Of a DNA stretch of 64,000 bases, positions 13,251 to 26,343 are shown one piece after another. The stretch spans positions 43,727,776 to 43,791,775 of the forward strand of contig NC_083418.1 of NCBI RefSeq assembly GCF_020745735.1, in the 5' to 3' direction. The position numbers and the translations under genes are program-made. How positions within the stretch are numbered: the first letter of the stretch is position 1; each line of letters begins with the position of its first letter. The notes beneath the pieces are model-generated. The model was not told the DNA's origin. It saw only the letters and a list, made by a program, of their open reading frames with translations, and made no database searches. Source of the DNA: Hemiscyllium ocellatum. Lineage: Eukaryota.

Positions 13251-14584
13251 CAGCTTTTACTCCTGTTTTTTGAGTTGTCCATAAAGTTGACTACAATAAC
13301 ATGTGCTTCCTTCCTCCAAATCTGTCTATTGATTCTGTCTTGACTATATTTGAAAATAAAATTTCCAAACCCATTCTCTGCTTCATTTGTCTTTTTTTTA
13401 GCTCTTTGCTGCTTTAGTACCCCCAGCAATGATTGTTTACTTAAAGTCAATTGAATAGAGTTGTCACTGGAACAATGAGTGGAAAAGCATTGCGAATTAA
13501 ACTACCTCCTGCTAGAATAGATACCTTGTCTGTCCCTGTCGATCTATGGGTTTGACTTCATCAAATCCAAATTTAGTTCAGCAGTAATATTTTGTAATAT
13601 TTGTTATGTCACTGTAATTCTCATGTATGAAGTTGCAAAATGTGATTAGGACAAGCACCACTGTACTATCATCCTCATGAGCTCAGAAATGCAAATCTTT
13701 AAGTGTTACCAGAGTTGTGTAACTGGCACACAATATGTATTAAAATTCTGTATCAAATATAATTTATTGTTATAACCATTTCTTATCCTGCTATGGCTTC
13801 AGTGCTGCAAATTAAAATGACAAATACATTTGAATTTGCAAAGTCCCTGAACCAAACTACAAATTCTTAATGGCCAGGGCCTTTTGCCTTGAGCAACAGT
13901 TTTATGTGGTAGTAGAGCCATGGCTTCACCTAATCTGAACAATGTAACCTGTGCTTACATGATCTGACACTTGGGTCATTGTACATCCTACCTTGCTCTT
14001 TGCAATGACATGGAAGGTTTTTAGTTACATGTTCATCACAGGATTTGTATCAAATATATGAGGAAATTGGTCAGAATTTGGTCTGAAATGGAAGCTCAGG
14101 ACAGAATTGGGCAGTTGTAGGGTTGTGGGAGATTAGAGAAGTAGGGAAGGGTGATTCTATGGAGGGATTTTAAACAAGAATGTTGAATTTAAGATCAAGC
14201 TGGTTGTTCAACCTGGAATTGTAGTATAAAGTGCAGGTCTGATGGAAAATGGGACAAACTGCAAGTTAAGATACAGACACAAAGCCTATGTTTATGTTCA
14301 AGTGCCATTGTATTGAACTCAATAAATCCAAGTTGTTAAAATTTTAGCACTTAAAACTTCTTCATTTTATTACCATAAATATTAGTTACATTAATTACTT
14401 GGAACCTTTGTTGTTTAACGGACCATTATTTAATAGAATAGCCCAGACTTTGCTGGAATAGGGCATCCTATGGATATGTACTGAATTGAGTAATTTCGTT
14501 TCACTCTTCAGCTCCAATTATTTTCGCACAGCAAACTGCTGGAAGTACATATTGATAATAGACCATTTGTCATCTGGAATTTTA

Positions 14585-15601
14585 ATTCATTCACAGGGTG
14601 TGGGCATCGTTGGCTAGGCCAGCATTTCTGGCCCATCCCTAATTGCCCAGAGGGCAGTTGAGAGTCACCCACATTGCTGTGGATCTGGGGTTACATGTAG
14701 GCCAGACTAGGTAAGAAGGCAGTTTCCTTCCCTAAAGGACATTAGCAAACCAGATAGGGTTTTCCAATAATCAACAGTAGATTCATGGTCACCATTTAAA
14801 AGACATTTAGTTAGGCTGTACGGAATATTGGTTAGACCACTGTTGGAATATTGCATGCAATTCTAGTCTCCTTCTTATCGGAAAGATGTTGTCAAACATG
14901 AAAGGGTTCAGAAAAGATTTACAAGGATGTTGGAGGATTTGAGCTTTACAGAGAGGCTGAACAGGTTGGGGCTGTTTTTCCTGGAGTGTTGGAGGCTGAG
15001 GGGTGACTTTAAAGAGGTTTGCAAAATTGTGAGGGGCATGGATAGGATAAATACAAAGTCTTTTCCATGAGGGGGGAGTCCAGAACTAGAGGGCATAGGT
15101 TTAAGGTGAGAGGGGAAAGATACAAAAGAAACCTAATGGACAACATTTTCATGCAGCGGGTGGTGCATGTATGGAATTAGCTGCCTGAGGAAGTGGTGGA
15201 GGCTAGTACAATTGCAACATTTAAAAGGCATCTGGATGGGTATATGAATACAAAGGGTTTGGAGGGATATAGGCTAGGTACTGGCAGATGGGACTAGAAG
15301 GGGTTGGGATATCTGATCGACCTGGACAAGTTGAACTGAAGAGTCTGTACGTCTCTGTGACTCTCTTAAGTACATGAATAAGAAATGTTTGGATGGATAC
15401 AGGACAAGCAGTGTCAAATGGATCTGGTTTAATTTGGGTTTATGGTCAGCCTGGATTGGCTGGACTGAAGAGGCTGTTTCCATGCTGACCCTATTAGACT
15501 CTTTCAGGCTTTTATTGAATTTACATTCTACCACCTGCCATGACAGGCAGTCGCCAGAACATGACTAGTCCAACAATAATACCACTAGGCCACTGCCTCC
15601 C
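14585..15601 (-). mobile_element. SacSINE1-like DeuSINE split by CR1 insertions
   Basis: Body and tail at 14585-14796 (ccttccctaaaggacattag; cagcatttctggcccatccc). tRNA-like head at 15491-15601 (accactaggccactgcctcc). Confidence 0.75.
14797..15365 (+). mobile_element. CR1 3' fragment
   Basis: RPLLEYCMQF, ERVQKRFTRML and LRGDF.EV.KI motifs; 3' tail ctctgtgactct. Confidence 0.9.
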
Positions 15602-16302
15602 TTCTTTAATATAATATAATTAATCTAATACCAATCGTGTGTTACTTTAACAAATTAAATTTCTAGATAAAGATTAAAATAGTATACGACTAAATAATAA
15701 ATAAAATGAATTAAACAAATTAGAAAGAGATGGAAAGAAAGAAATGAGAAAACAGAAATATTGTATGAAATATATTAATATTTAAAACCGCTTTCTGAAC
15801 AATTTTTCCAACTAAAGGAGTGTGGCTCTACAATTGTAGTCATTCTTCTTTGCGTCATTAAGTTTGAGAGCATAGCAGGACCATTAATCCTAACAGCAAA
15901 TTTTTGGTCTGAAAATGCAATATTAACTTTCTATGTTGGATTCAATTCATATTAACGGTGCAAAGCAGCAATTTCTTGAAGCTGAGGATAACAGTGGATC
16001 AAGACTCATTGTCTAAAAATTTTGTGTTTTGCAATATTGTTTTGCTTTTGATACCAAGTACCCTGAATTTTTTTTCATTCTTCCCACAAGCACTGGCCCA
16101 GATGATCTGTTTGTAAATATAACCTTTGTATAAAAGTAAACTGTCACATTGTACAGGGAAATGTGTTGTTTTAGAGACTTTGATGTGCACATCAAACTAC
16201 TTCCATTTGTAAAATTGTGTTTTGGGAAGGATTGCACTTCAGTTTTACAACTCTCTGGAGTCAGCATTGAATTCAACAACTTCAAACTCCTCCTTTTGAA
16301 TT

Positions 16303-16585
16303 CTGATTTGGAGATGCCGGTGTTGGACTGGGGTGTACAAAGTTAAAAATCACACATCACCAGGATATAGATCAATAGGTTATTTGGAAGCACTAGCGTT
16401 TGGAGAGCTGCTCCTTCAAGAGGTGGTTGTGAAGTATAAGATTGTAAGACACAGAATTTATAGCAAACGTTTACAGTGTGATGTAACTGAAATTATGTGT
16501 TGAAATAGACCTGGATTGTTTGTTAAGTCTCTCATTTTTTAGAATGACCATGTTGGACTATAAACTGGTGCTGTGTGATTTTTAA
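16303..16585. mobile_element. PLE-derived mini-element, family B, partial fold-back
   Basis: Tail tgatttggagatgccggtgttggactgggg, inverted ends aaagttaaaaatcacac / gtgtgatttttaacttt, TSD cttttgaatt (16293-16302, 16586-16595). Hammerhead core decayed. Confidence 0.85.
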
Positions 16586-16609
16586 CTTTTGAATTGTTTT
16601 TCACATCAG

Positions 16610-16870
16610 GTGTTAGCTTCTATCTAGTTCCCATGTTCCAGGGAACAGCCCGTAGAGCACAAAGTCTGCATCACAGAGCTGCTCAGGATGAACCTTGACA
16701 AAACCTACTACACTTGTCTCTTTGCAAAGACACATTCCAGAAGGAGATGCATGACAGTCTCTTCTTCCTTGCAGTTGCTTTGAGGACAATGCAGTGGTGC
16801 AGAGACCTGGCATGCATGAAAGATGTGACTGGCAGTGCCCAACTCACCACCAGCCAAAACTATGTCTTGT
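16610..16870 (-). mobile_element. Tx1/L1-clade LINE ORF2 C-terminal fragment
   Basis: Zinc-knuckle CPQSNCKEEETVMHLLLECVFAK in minus ORF 16708..16941. Confidence 0.7.
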
Positions 16871-17690
16871 GCTTTTAATATCCTACCAACATGCAGTATG
16901 TGCATTGAAAGCTTATAATTGAATGAATACTTTGGCTTCACTCTGTCACATTTTTCAGCTAGGGCTGCTGGTTATGAATATTTAACAACATAATATCCCC
17001 TTAACTACATAAATAGCTCACACATCTTGCTATTAAAATGGATCTAAAGGTGAAAGGTACAAGAAATAATTTCATATTTGACATTGCCATTTCACAATCC
17101 CTTATTCCGTTCTGTAATTTCCAGAGAGGCTAAGGGAGCTGTAAAACTGACTAGTACATTCCAGATATCACTGTTAGACCAAATAGACTGCCAGATTATT
17201 TGTTGGTGCTTTTATTTCCTCCACATTACTAATTAAAAGAGAAGACACTTCTAAAGCAGGTCAAATCAAGCTCCAGCTATTGTAATGCTGCTTAGTGCAA
17301 TTATGAAATCTCCAAATCCCCATACTCCCTGGATAGATGAAAGTAAACCTCTCTGTTGATTAGATACAGTCTGCGCATACTCTAAAACTACTAACTTTTC
17401 ATACCAAGCTTGAGTACTGGTCCTTCACTTATGACATATTTTTTAAAGTTTGGGTGATTGCTGGTATGATTTTCTTCTTTGGCCATCCCTCAAATCTGAA
17501 GATGGCTTTGTTCCATTTGAGTTTGGGGTCCTGAGGTGACTAAACAATCTATTGATAGATCTGCATACCTTGTTGCAGATGAGGCAGATGTGATTGAATA
17601 GGCAGGAAGGTGAGCTGCTTGGGTTTCTGCCCATTCTTGCTATTTACATTTGGCCTTCACCTGGGCCTGAGTTGGCTGGTATCTTCATGA

Positions 17691-17897
17691 GCTGAAAATG
17701 TGTTGCTGGTTAAAGTGCAGCAGGTCAGGCAGCATCCAAGGAACAGGAAATTTGACGTTTCGGGCACAAGCCCTTCATTTGGGCTTGTGCCCGAAACGTC
17801 GAATTTCCTGTTCCTTGGATGCTGCCTGACCTGCTGCGTTTTAACCAGCAACACATTTTCAGCTCTGATCTCCAGCATCTGCAGACCTCACTTTTTA
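17691..17897. mobile_element. Fold-back PLE-derived mini-element, family A (young)
   Basis: Near-perfect 85-bp arms 17689-17773 / 17781-17865, 7-nt loop, single-copy tail, perfect 15-bp TSD ctggtatcttcatga (17676-17690, 17898-17912). Confidence 0.95.
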
Positions 17898-20456
17898 CTG
17901 GTATCTTCATGAATACTTTTTGCCCAGTTTTGGTCTCGAGTCATTCTTTCATGGAGAGTTTGGGAACATCCTTGAAGTGCTTTCTCTGGCTTCCTGGTAG
18001 CTTGCCATATGGATCTCATAATGGAGTAGAGAGCTTCTTTTGGAAATCTCGATAAGCATGCAGATGATGTGGCATACACACCTCAGCACATTAACAGTGA
18101 TCATCGTCGTGGCTATCCCTCGAGGTCGAGAATGATGGTCTTCATTCCGTTCATCTATTTATGGGCTCTCGTGTAGCTTATGACTCAAATCTTGGCTTTG
18201 AAAATTCTTCCATATTCAGGACAAGTAGTTCCAGATAGGCTTTGGTTGTTGCTCCCTCTCTTTCCGTTTTTCTTCTCTTTTTCTTCTAGTTCTGCACATC
18301 TGTTGGCTTTGAAAGTTGCTGTTCTTTCTCAGATGATGGTTTGTCAGAGTTTCCTGTCTTTGGCATTGGTTTCCTAATTGTTGATGTTGACGTTACATTT
18401 CTTCATGCTGGCTTTTAAAATGTCTTTGAATCTCTTTTGTTGTCTGCCTCTTTTACATTTGCCTTCTTTAAGCTAGGAGTAGAAGCTTTGTTTTAGCAGA
18501 CATTCACCTTTCATCCGAACAACATGACTACTCCATCTTAGTTGGTTCTTGATAACATGGGCTTCAGTGCTTGTTGTTGTTGACTTTGGTTCTTCAATCT
18601 TCCCAGCTGATAGTCAAGATGTTTTGAAGGCAGCATTGATGGAACTTTTCAAGTGCCTTCAGATGTCGTCGGTTTGTTGTCCAAATTTCTGATGCATACA
18701 GGAGCATTGGGATCACCACTGCTTTGTTCACAAATGTTTTGGTGTCTGTCCAGATGTCACGATTATGAAAGACTCTGTTTGGATACATCCAAAAGCTGTT
18801 CCAGTGCATTTAAGATGACGTTGGATCTTGTTATTAAGGTCGACATTGGAGGGGAGGTGACTTCCAAGTTACGGAAAGTGGTCTACATTTTCCAGGGTTG
18901 TTTCGCCAAGTCGAATCGATGGTTTTATCCAATTTGTCTCAGTTGGTGATGGTTGATAGATGATCTGAGTCTTAGTGAAATTGATGGTAAGTCCGGGTTT
19001 CGTGTATGCATGGTTGAAGGCAGTCAGAATCTGTTATAGGTGGTTTTATGAGAGCTACGACACTATTGTCATCTGTGTATTGGAACACTATGAGGGAACT
19101 CATAGATGTTTTGTTTTTGGACTTAAGATGGGCAAGATTGAAAAATCTGCCGTCTGTTCTGTAGACAACTTTGATTTCTGGAGATAGGTCTTCCTTGATG
19201 ATGTAGATGAATATCGCAATAAATATAGTGAACTTAGTTGGGGCAATCATGCATCCCTGTTTTACTCCTGAATAACTGAGCATTTTCAAGTCATTGTTGC
19301 TAACCATGCCTGTGGCAAGCATGCCATCATGGAGGAGTCTCAGAATTCGAATGTACTTTTCAGGGCATCCATTGGCGGATAGGACATCCCTAAGGAGTTC
19401 CACTGAGTCAAAGGCTTTGATGAGGTCGATTTAATGCCATAAATGAGGATTGAAGTTGTTCATGACATTTTTCTTGTAGTTGTTGCAAAGTGAAGATCAT
19501 GTTGATTATCCCACGTGATGATCTAAAACCGGTTTGTGTTGCCGGAAAGGTCTCTTCAGCTAAAGGCTTGAGCCGGTTGTTCATGACGCAGATGAGGATC
19601 TTTCCTGCTGTTGCTAACAGGGAAATTTTGAGAGAGTTTCAGCATTCAGATGCATCGCCTTTCTTTTTGTAGATGGTAACGATTGCTGAGTCTCTGAAGT
19701 CTGCTGGTATGTCTTCGTTTATCCAGATCTTGCTGGGAAGTTGATGCACTTGGTAAGGAAGCAATTTTGTGGACGTTGGCTGGTATTCCATTGAGTTCAG
19801 TGGCCTTGTTGATTTTCAAGATTTTAATGGCTTTCTTGACTTCTTCAAATGTTGGTATTTTGCTTAGGGAGCCATCAATGGGCTCTTTTGGAATGTTGTT
19901 GATCACATTCCTGTCAAAGATCTTTTGAAGTTCTCCCTCCATCTAGAATTGATGTCAGCGTTGCTCTTCAGGATAGTTGAACCCTCTTTGCTTGTGAGTG
20001 GATGGGCCAAAAATAGCTTTAGTTGCCTTCAAGAAGTCTCAGGTGTCATTGGTATCCACCAGTTGTTAGCTTTCCTGAACTTTCTTCCTCCACCATTTGG
20101 TTTTTCAGGTATTGGGTGCTCTTCTGGACTGCAACCTTGCATTCCTGATAGCATTTTCTTTTGGTAGCTGATTGTTGGTCATTTTGTAAGTTGATGAAAG
20201 CTTTTCTCTTTTCATCAATAAGTTGTTGGAATAGTTTGTCATTATCATCGAACCAATTCTGATATTGTTTGCGTTGAACCAATTGTATCTTTGTAGGAGG
20301 TGATGATAGCGTTCTTCAATTGATCCCAGTATTCTTCCATGGATGGTAGGATTTGTTGAGGCAGTTGTTCTTGAAGATTTTGTTGAAACTTCTGTACATG
20401 GTTGATATTCTTGAAGGATGTCAACATTGAATTTCTTGATAGTGTTCTGATTTTGA

Positions 20457-21242
20457 TCATAGAGTCATAGAGATGTACAGCATGGAAACAGACTCTTCGG
20501 TCCAAACCGTCCATGTTGACCAGATATCCCAACCCAACCTAGTCCCACCTGCCAGCACCTGGCCTATATCCCCCCAAACCCTTTCTATTCGTATACCCAT
20601 CCAAATGCCTTTTAAATGTTGCAATTGTACCAGCCTCCACCACTTCCTCTGGCAGCTCATTCCATACACAAACCAACCTCTGTGTGAAAATGTTGCCCCT
20701 TAGGTCCCTTTTATATCTTTCCCCTCTCATCCTAAACCTATGCCCTCTAGTTCGGGACTCCCCGACCCCAGGGAAAAGACTTTGTCTATATGTCCTATCC
20801 ATGCCCCTCATAATTTTGTAAACCTCTATAAAGTCACTCCTCAGCCTCTGACGCTCCAGGAAAAACAGCCCCAGCCTGTTCAGCCTCTCCCTATAGCTCA
20901 AATTCTCCAACCCTGACAACATCCTTGTAAATCTTTTCTGAACCCTTTCATGTTTCACAACATCTTTCCGATAGGATCAAGGATTGATGTCACAAGGAAT
21001 TAAGGGCTACGGGGAGAATGCGGGTAAGTGGAGTTTTAATGCCCATCAGCCATGATTGAATGGCGGAGTGGACTCCTATGTCTTATGGTCTTAAGCTTCA
21101 CAACGTCTTTCTGATAGGAAGCAGACCAGAATTGCATGCAATATTCCAACTGTGGCCTAACCAATGTCCTGTACAGCCACAACATAACCTCCCAACTCCT
21201 GTACTCAATACTCTGTCCAGTAAAGAAAGCATACCAAATGCC
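20457..21242 (-). mobile_element. CR1 3' fragment inserted in RTE
   Basis: ORF 20539..20958 (ERVQKRFTRML...WNELPEEVVEA), tail catagagtcatagag, degenerate TSD tagtg..attttg. Confidence 0.93.
20977..21096 (+). mobile_element. Short CR1 3' end inserted in the preceding CR1
   Basis: Tail cctatgtcttatggtctta (same family as 10586). 23-bp TSD ttcacaacrtctttcygatagga (20954-20976, 21097-21119). Confidence 0.85.
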
Positions 21243-21526
21243 TAGTGCTTCATTTTGGGCTGAATCTTCATTCTCATGGTGGATGAGATGAGTCAGTAGT
21301 CTGGCCAGCACTTGTTGGCACCAGCAACAGCTCTTGTTATCAGTACATCTTGTGGGTCTCAAGATCGTACAATGATGTTGCCTATGAGGTGCCAGTGTTT
21401 GGGGTGTGGATGCTGCCAGGAGACTATATGCCTGATTTTCTGGCAAAATAGTGTGTTTGTAATCATCGGATTGTGTTCACAATTGGTGGAGTGTTCCATT
21501 CACGTTGACCTTGCCAACTCTGCCAA

Positions 21527-21866
21527 GAGTGGCATGGTGGTTCAGTGGTTAGCACTGCTGCCTCACAGCGCCTGGGAGCTGGGTTAATTTCAGCCTTGGG
21601 TGACTGTCTATGTGGGAGTTTGCATATTCTCCCCATGTCTGCGTGGGTTTCCTCCGGGTGCTCCGGTTTCCTCCCACAATCCACAGGTGTGCCATTAGAT
21701 GAATTGGCCATGCTAAATTGCCCATAGTGTTCAAGGATGTGTAGCTTAGGTGCATTAATCAGGGGTAAATGTATAGTAATGGGTTTGGATGGATTACTCT
21801 TTGGAGGGTTGGTGTGGACTTGTTGGGCTGAAGGGCTTGTTTCCAAACTCAGTGATTCTATGATTC
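21527..21866 (+). mobile_element. HE1-type V-SINE inserted in RTE
   Basis: Box A tggttcagtgg, V-domain gtctgcgtgggtttcctccgggtgctccggtttcctcccac, tail gattctatgattc. Confidence 0.92.
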
Positions 21867-24800
21867 CTTCCTTGCCTATTATTCCAGTCCAAAGCCTATG
21901 ATCTTTCCTGACTCTGGCTTTGAAGTCACCAAAGAGAATGATCTTGTTTGTTGGGAACAGAGGAAAGGACATCATCAAATTGGGCATAGAAGTTCTCCTT
22001 TACTTCATCCTTAGCATCCTGAGTTGAAGTGTAGGTGCCGATGATAGTGGCATATTGATTCTTGACAAGCTGGAGTTGCAGAGTCATGAAACATTCATTG
22101 ATTCCCAGTGGTTGCTCTGTCAGCTTTTGAAGTAGACTATTTCAGATGGCTAAACCTACTCCATGGATCCTCGGTTGTTCAGGATGAAGTCCTTCCTAGA
22201 AAAAGATGTGTTGACCTTGCTCTTCCTTTAGTTGACCTTCTCCAGCTCTGTGTGTCTCACTCAGAACAATGATGTCGAAGTTGAATTTTTGGAGTTCCTG
22301 GGCAACAAAGGCAGTTCTCCTCTCTGGCCAGTCTGAGTTTGGGTTATCCATCAGAGTTCATATATTCCAAATTTCATAGTTTCACTTCTCGATGTTTTTC
22401 GACCACATAATGGTGATCCCTCTGGATGCGGCTTTCTAGACAGGATGGGGTGAAGCAGAACATTTTTAGGACACCTTTTCTAGCCCCTTCACAGTTCAGG
22501 ATGAGCAGAGTGAATCCTAAATAGGGTTGCTCAGGTGTGAATACTGCTGCCGAACAACTTTCCTGCATCTGTCCAAAATGAGCAACTGAATCAAGTATTC
22601 ACTGCTTTCATGCTGGTTCTTAGTTAGGACCTTCCAGTCTGCTCCCGTCGCCCTTCCCTGTTTGCCGAAAGACTTAAATTGTAGTCCACAGAGTGAAGAC
22701 GCCTGTGCATGTATTTGTTTAACATGTACTTGATGTCGCACTCCAAGAAGCACACCATACTTCACAAATCAACCAACGGATTCCAATGACATAAAAGTCA
22801 TGACGATTGGAGCTGATGGATTTGTTGCAGCCTTCATCCACCTTCACAGCCATGGAGTTCAAAGTAACTTTGTCCACCTGTTCCACCATTAAGGTCTTGA
22901 TTGGATTGTTCTTTGTCAGGGACTTCATCCTCGAACTTACTGCCATGGGTGACCCTACCAGGAGCATAGCTCCAGATGGCATCGCTCATCGGACCACAAG
23001 CTTCTCCACCACGACAAGGTGACAATCCACGGAGAGTAGATTAACAGTAACTAGTGCCTCAATGCTGGAGGTCTGAGATGACATTGACATTGGAGCTACC
23101 TATCCTACCATGGATTTGTAAGATTTTGCAAAGGAAACAGGTGTGATATTTCTCTAGAGATTTTAGATGTCTGCTGTCCATTGTCAATGACTCCACATAG
23201 AAGGATAGGTAATACTGGTGTGACAGTTTCAGATCTTTGTTATCAGACACTGTGTTCGTCAGCCTGATCTGGCACAATATTGAATTTTATTGCTTGTGTT
23301 TACTCTGGCTAAAAGGAGACTCCTTAGGTATGGGAAGTGATCTTCTTTGTCCAGCAGCTTGGCATGGATGTTGGTAGCTGAGGGGCATTACTGTATTGCA
23401 GAACCGGGCTGGTAGAGAATGGATACCTGAAGTCCAATATGTCACTTGGCTCTGAATGTGTTAATGTAGATTTGGAACCCAGCTTCTGAGTATGTGCATG
23501 CAAGAATCATCTGTATGCTGCAGCTTGATGACTGAGGTCGTAGACTGAAGATGACTTTTTGCTTGTGCTGTAGGTTAGTTTCACACCAGCATGATACTAT
23601 GGAATAGAAAACTGGGTGAGAAAGATAGAGAAGAGCTTTGGTGAGATGCCATGACCTTGCTTTACTCCAGTTTGTGCATTTGGTTTGTGATGGATCTATT
23701 TTTGAGGATCTTGGCTTGCATGTTATCATGCAGCATGACAAATTTCTGGTAGCAGACAAGTTTGGAGAAGAGGTTCTATGATCCTTCCCGTTCGACAGCG
23801 TTTAAGGCCTTTGTGAGGTCAAAAAAGGTCATGTAAAAAGGATGCTGCTGTTCTCTCAACTTGTACTTGCTTTGCTATGGAGATCATGTCCACTGTGCCT
23901 CTCCACGAATGGAATCTATATTGTGATTCCATAGGAACTCTTCAGACAATGGGAAAAGGCAATTTCAGGAGAAACTTCGGAATAACCTGCCATGTGGCAT
24001 GCATGAAGGAGACTTCCATATCCTGTCTGCTTTCTTAAAGATGGTTGCAATTATGATAACTCAGATCTGCAGATATGCTGTCCTTCCAGGGAGCTGATGT
24101 TTGTGCCAAGATCTTTAAAGTATTTCTTCCACCATTTCCTTCATGAGCCCCACTCTGTTTTTGGCTCTGAAGGTGTCTCCTTGGGTAATCGCTGATGATC
24201 TTGACTGCACTGAAGAATCATGCACATTATTGCTGTTGGCACGTTGCTGGATTTTCAGTTCTCTTTTCACTCACCGATACCAATGTTGGTATTGTGATTG
24301 TTGTGTTATCAGCTCTTTTGTCATAAAAGGAAACAGTTTTATGAACAGTTCCTGTTAGGGGAAGAAATTACTGGAAAACCTGAAGGTTCATCTCTGTTTT
24401 AGGAATAGACTTAATTTTTGGGCACTCTTTGGCACTTTGAGAGGTGCACTATTCAGTGACCTCCCCCAGCACCTTCCTGTAACCTACCTTCTTGGGCATG
24501 GTTTGTCCAGATCCTTTTTAATCTGCATTTGAGAACAAATGGTTATTGATGCAGCTTCATGCCTCAATACCAACTGATTGCTGAAGATAAAATGCTGCCC
24601 TTGGTCCTGTTGCAGGCTGAAGTAAAGGTAGGTACCTACCTTCATCTCAAATACATCGGACTTTCTGCCTCTGCAGAATTCAGGCCATTATTTCTCCAGG
24701 AAGAGCTTTGCTGTCCATTTGGCTTCTGTTTTTGTGACTCATTGGCTTCCCTTTCCAGTTTGCCACACTCAACCAAATTATTAGTGCTTTCGAGCAACTT

Positions 24801-25694
24801 TACCTTGTGTTGCTGGATGTCCTTCATACATCTCCATCACTTTACAACCATCCTTTTTAAGAATCTCCTTAAAATTCCCCACTTGACCAGTTTAATAGCT
24901 AACCTTTGGAATAGTATTAATTTGTTTTGCCTCAGTGATGCACCTAGGGATACTTTCCTGAAAGAAAGAAATAAGAAATGAAGTCAAATATGGCAATTTT
25001 TTTGGACATTTGAGAAAGACTTAATGACTTTTTCAGTTATGTATATATCCTACATTCCTATCAATAAAATCGAGCCTCAATTTTAACTAATCAAAGCTAC
25101 AATATTAGTTTTCTTTAAATAAATGCTTCTTTTAGCTTTTAACTTAGATTTTCATGTTCTCATCTGTTGACAAAATTCTTTCTCTGACCTCAAATCCACC
25201 GATACCAGTTTCACTGGCATTGCTCAGTTTATGCTATCAAGCATAGTCATTTTCCCATCCCCAAACTCAGTTTTACATTCTGTCTATTTTGTATTCACCA
25301 GAATCAGCTCTCAGATGCATACAGCTGGTGTTTTTCTTGCCAACTTAAATCAGCACCTTGCACAATCAAGTAAATTAGCACATTTTGGAACATGACAAGT
25401 AAAACTATCAGTATTTGCAGAAACTGCAAGCAAGTTGATCCCCTGCACATACACCCAAACAGTTGGTTGATTAGTTTGTAGTATCACATTAATATGCTGC
25501 TGACCCTTCCTTTTTTGTTCTTTTGATGTTCTCCCTATGCTAATATATTGCTAATAGGCTTGTGTTTATGTTCATTTTTAGATGCCTCAGTGATTCCACA
25601 GAGCTAATTTAGACTTGTGCAGCTTACTTTATAACTGTATTGTGTACTTAACAGCCATTGATACAAATGCATTCGCTTAACAGAAACATCTCCA

Positions 25695-26343
25695 GGGTGT
25701 AGGTTTGCTCGCTGAACTGAAGGTTTGATATCCAGACTTTTCATTACCTGGCTAGGTAACATCATCAGTGGCGACCTCCAAGTGAAGCGAAGCTGTTGTC
25801 TCCTGCTTTCTATTTATATCTTTCTCCTGGATGGGGTTCCTGGGGTTTGTGGTGAAGTCATTTCCTGTTCGCTTTTTGAGGAGTTGATAGATGGCATCTA
25901 GATCTATGCATTTGTTTGTGGCGTTGTGGTTGGAGTGCTAGGCCTCTAGGAATTCTCTAGCATGTCTTTGCTTAGCCTGTCCCAGGGTAGATGTGTTGTC
26001 CCAATTGAAATGGTGTTTTATTTTTCATCTGTGTGTAGGGCTACGAGGGAGAGAGGGTCGTGTCTTTTTGTGGCTAGCTGGTGTTCGTGTATCCTGGTGG
26101 CTAACTTTCTTCCTGTTTGTCCTACGTAATGTTTGTGGCAGTCCTTGCATGGAATTTTGTAGATGACGTTGGTTTTGTCCATGGGTTATACTGGGTCTTT
26201 TAAGTTTGTTAGTTTTTGTTTGAGAGTGTTGGTGAGTTTGTGTGCTACTAGGATTACGAGGGGTCTTAGTAGTCTGGCTGTCATTTCTGAAACTTCTTTG
26301 TATGGTAAGGTGGTTAGGGTTTCTGGCTGTGTTTGGCTGTGAT
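25695..26343 (-). mobile_element. Penelope-like element (Poseidon-type) 3' fragment (family D)
   Basis: TLPY.EVSEMTARLLRPL, then NVIYKIPCKDCHKHYVGQTGRKLATRIHEH (GIY-YIG). TSD acatctcca (25686-25694, 26344-26352). Confidence 0.92.
25732..25771 (-). ncRNA. Minimal type I hammerhead ribozyme (family D)
   Basis: CCA CUGAUGA U GUUACCU AGCC AGGUAAU GAAA AG UC^ UGG. Helices covary with the copy at 49059. Confidence 0.8.

Larger units (their letters stand above)
18099..23039 (-). mobile_element. Full-length RTE-clade LINE (decayed APE-RT ORF from ATG at ~22377)
   Basis: TSD attaacagt (18090-18098, 23040-23048). RTE 5' motif accttgtcgtggtgg. APE (ERRTAFVAQELQKFNFDIIVLSET; ILFGDFKARV), RT (GVKQGCMIAPT; FQYTDD), 3' (gat/gac)n tail. 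Confidence 0.92.
17470..24560 (-). mobile_element. Older RTE-clade LINE (host of nested insertions; own parts ~17470-18098 and ~23040-24560)
   Basis: RHLKSLEKYHTCFLCKILQI continues across the insertion into RFPKEALYS, then the C-terminal CLICNKVCRS..LFSHLRT finger. Confidence 0.8.

Noticed and set aside
17689-17865. miRNA precursor or classical MITE
   Set aside because: The arms are PLE pLTR sequence with a one-sided tail and a 15-bp TSD, which fits a retro-derived fold-back better.
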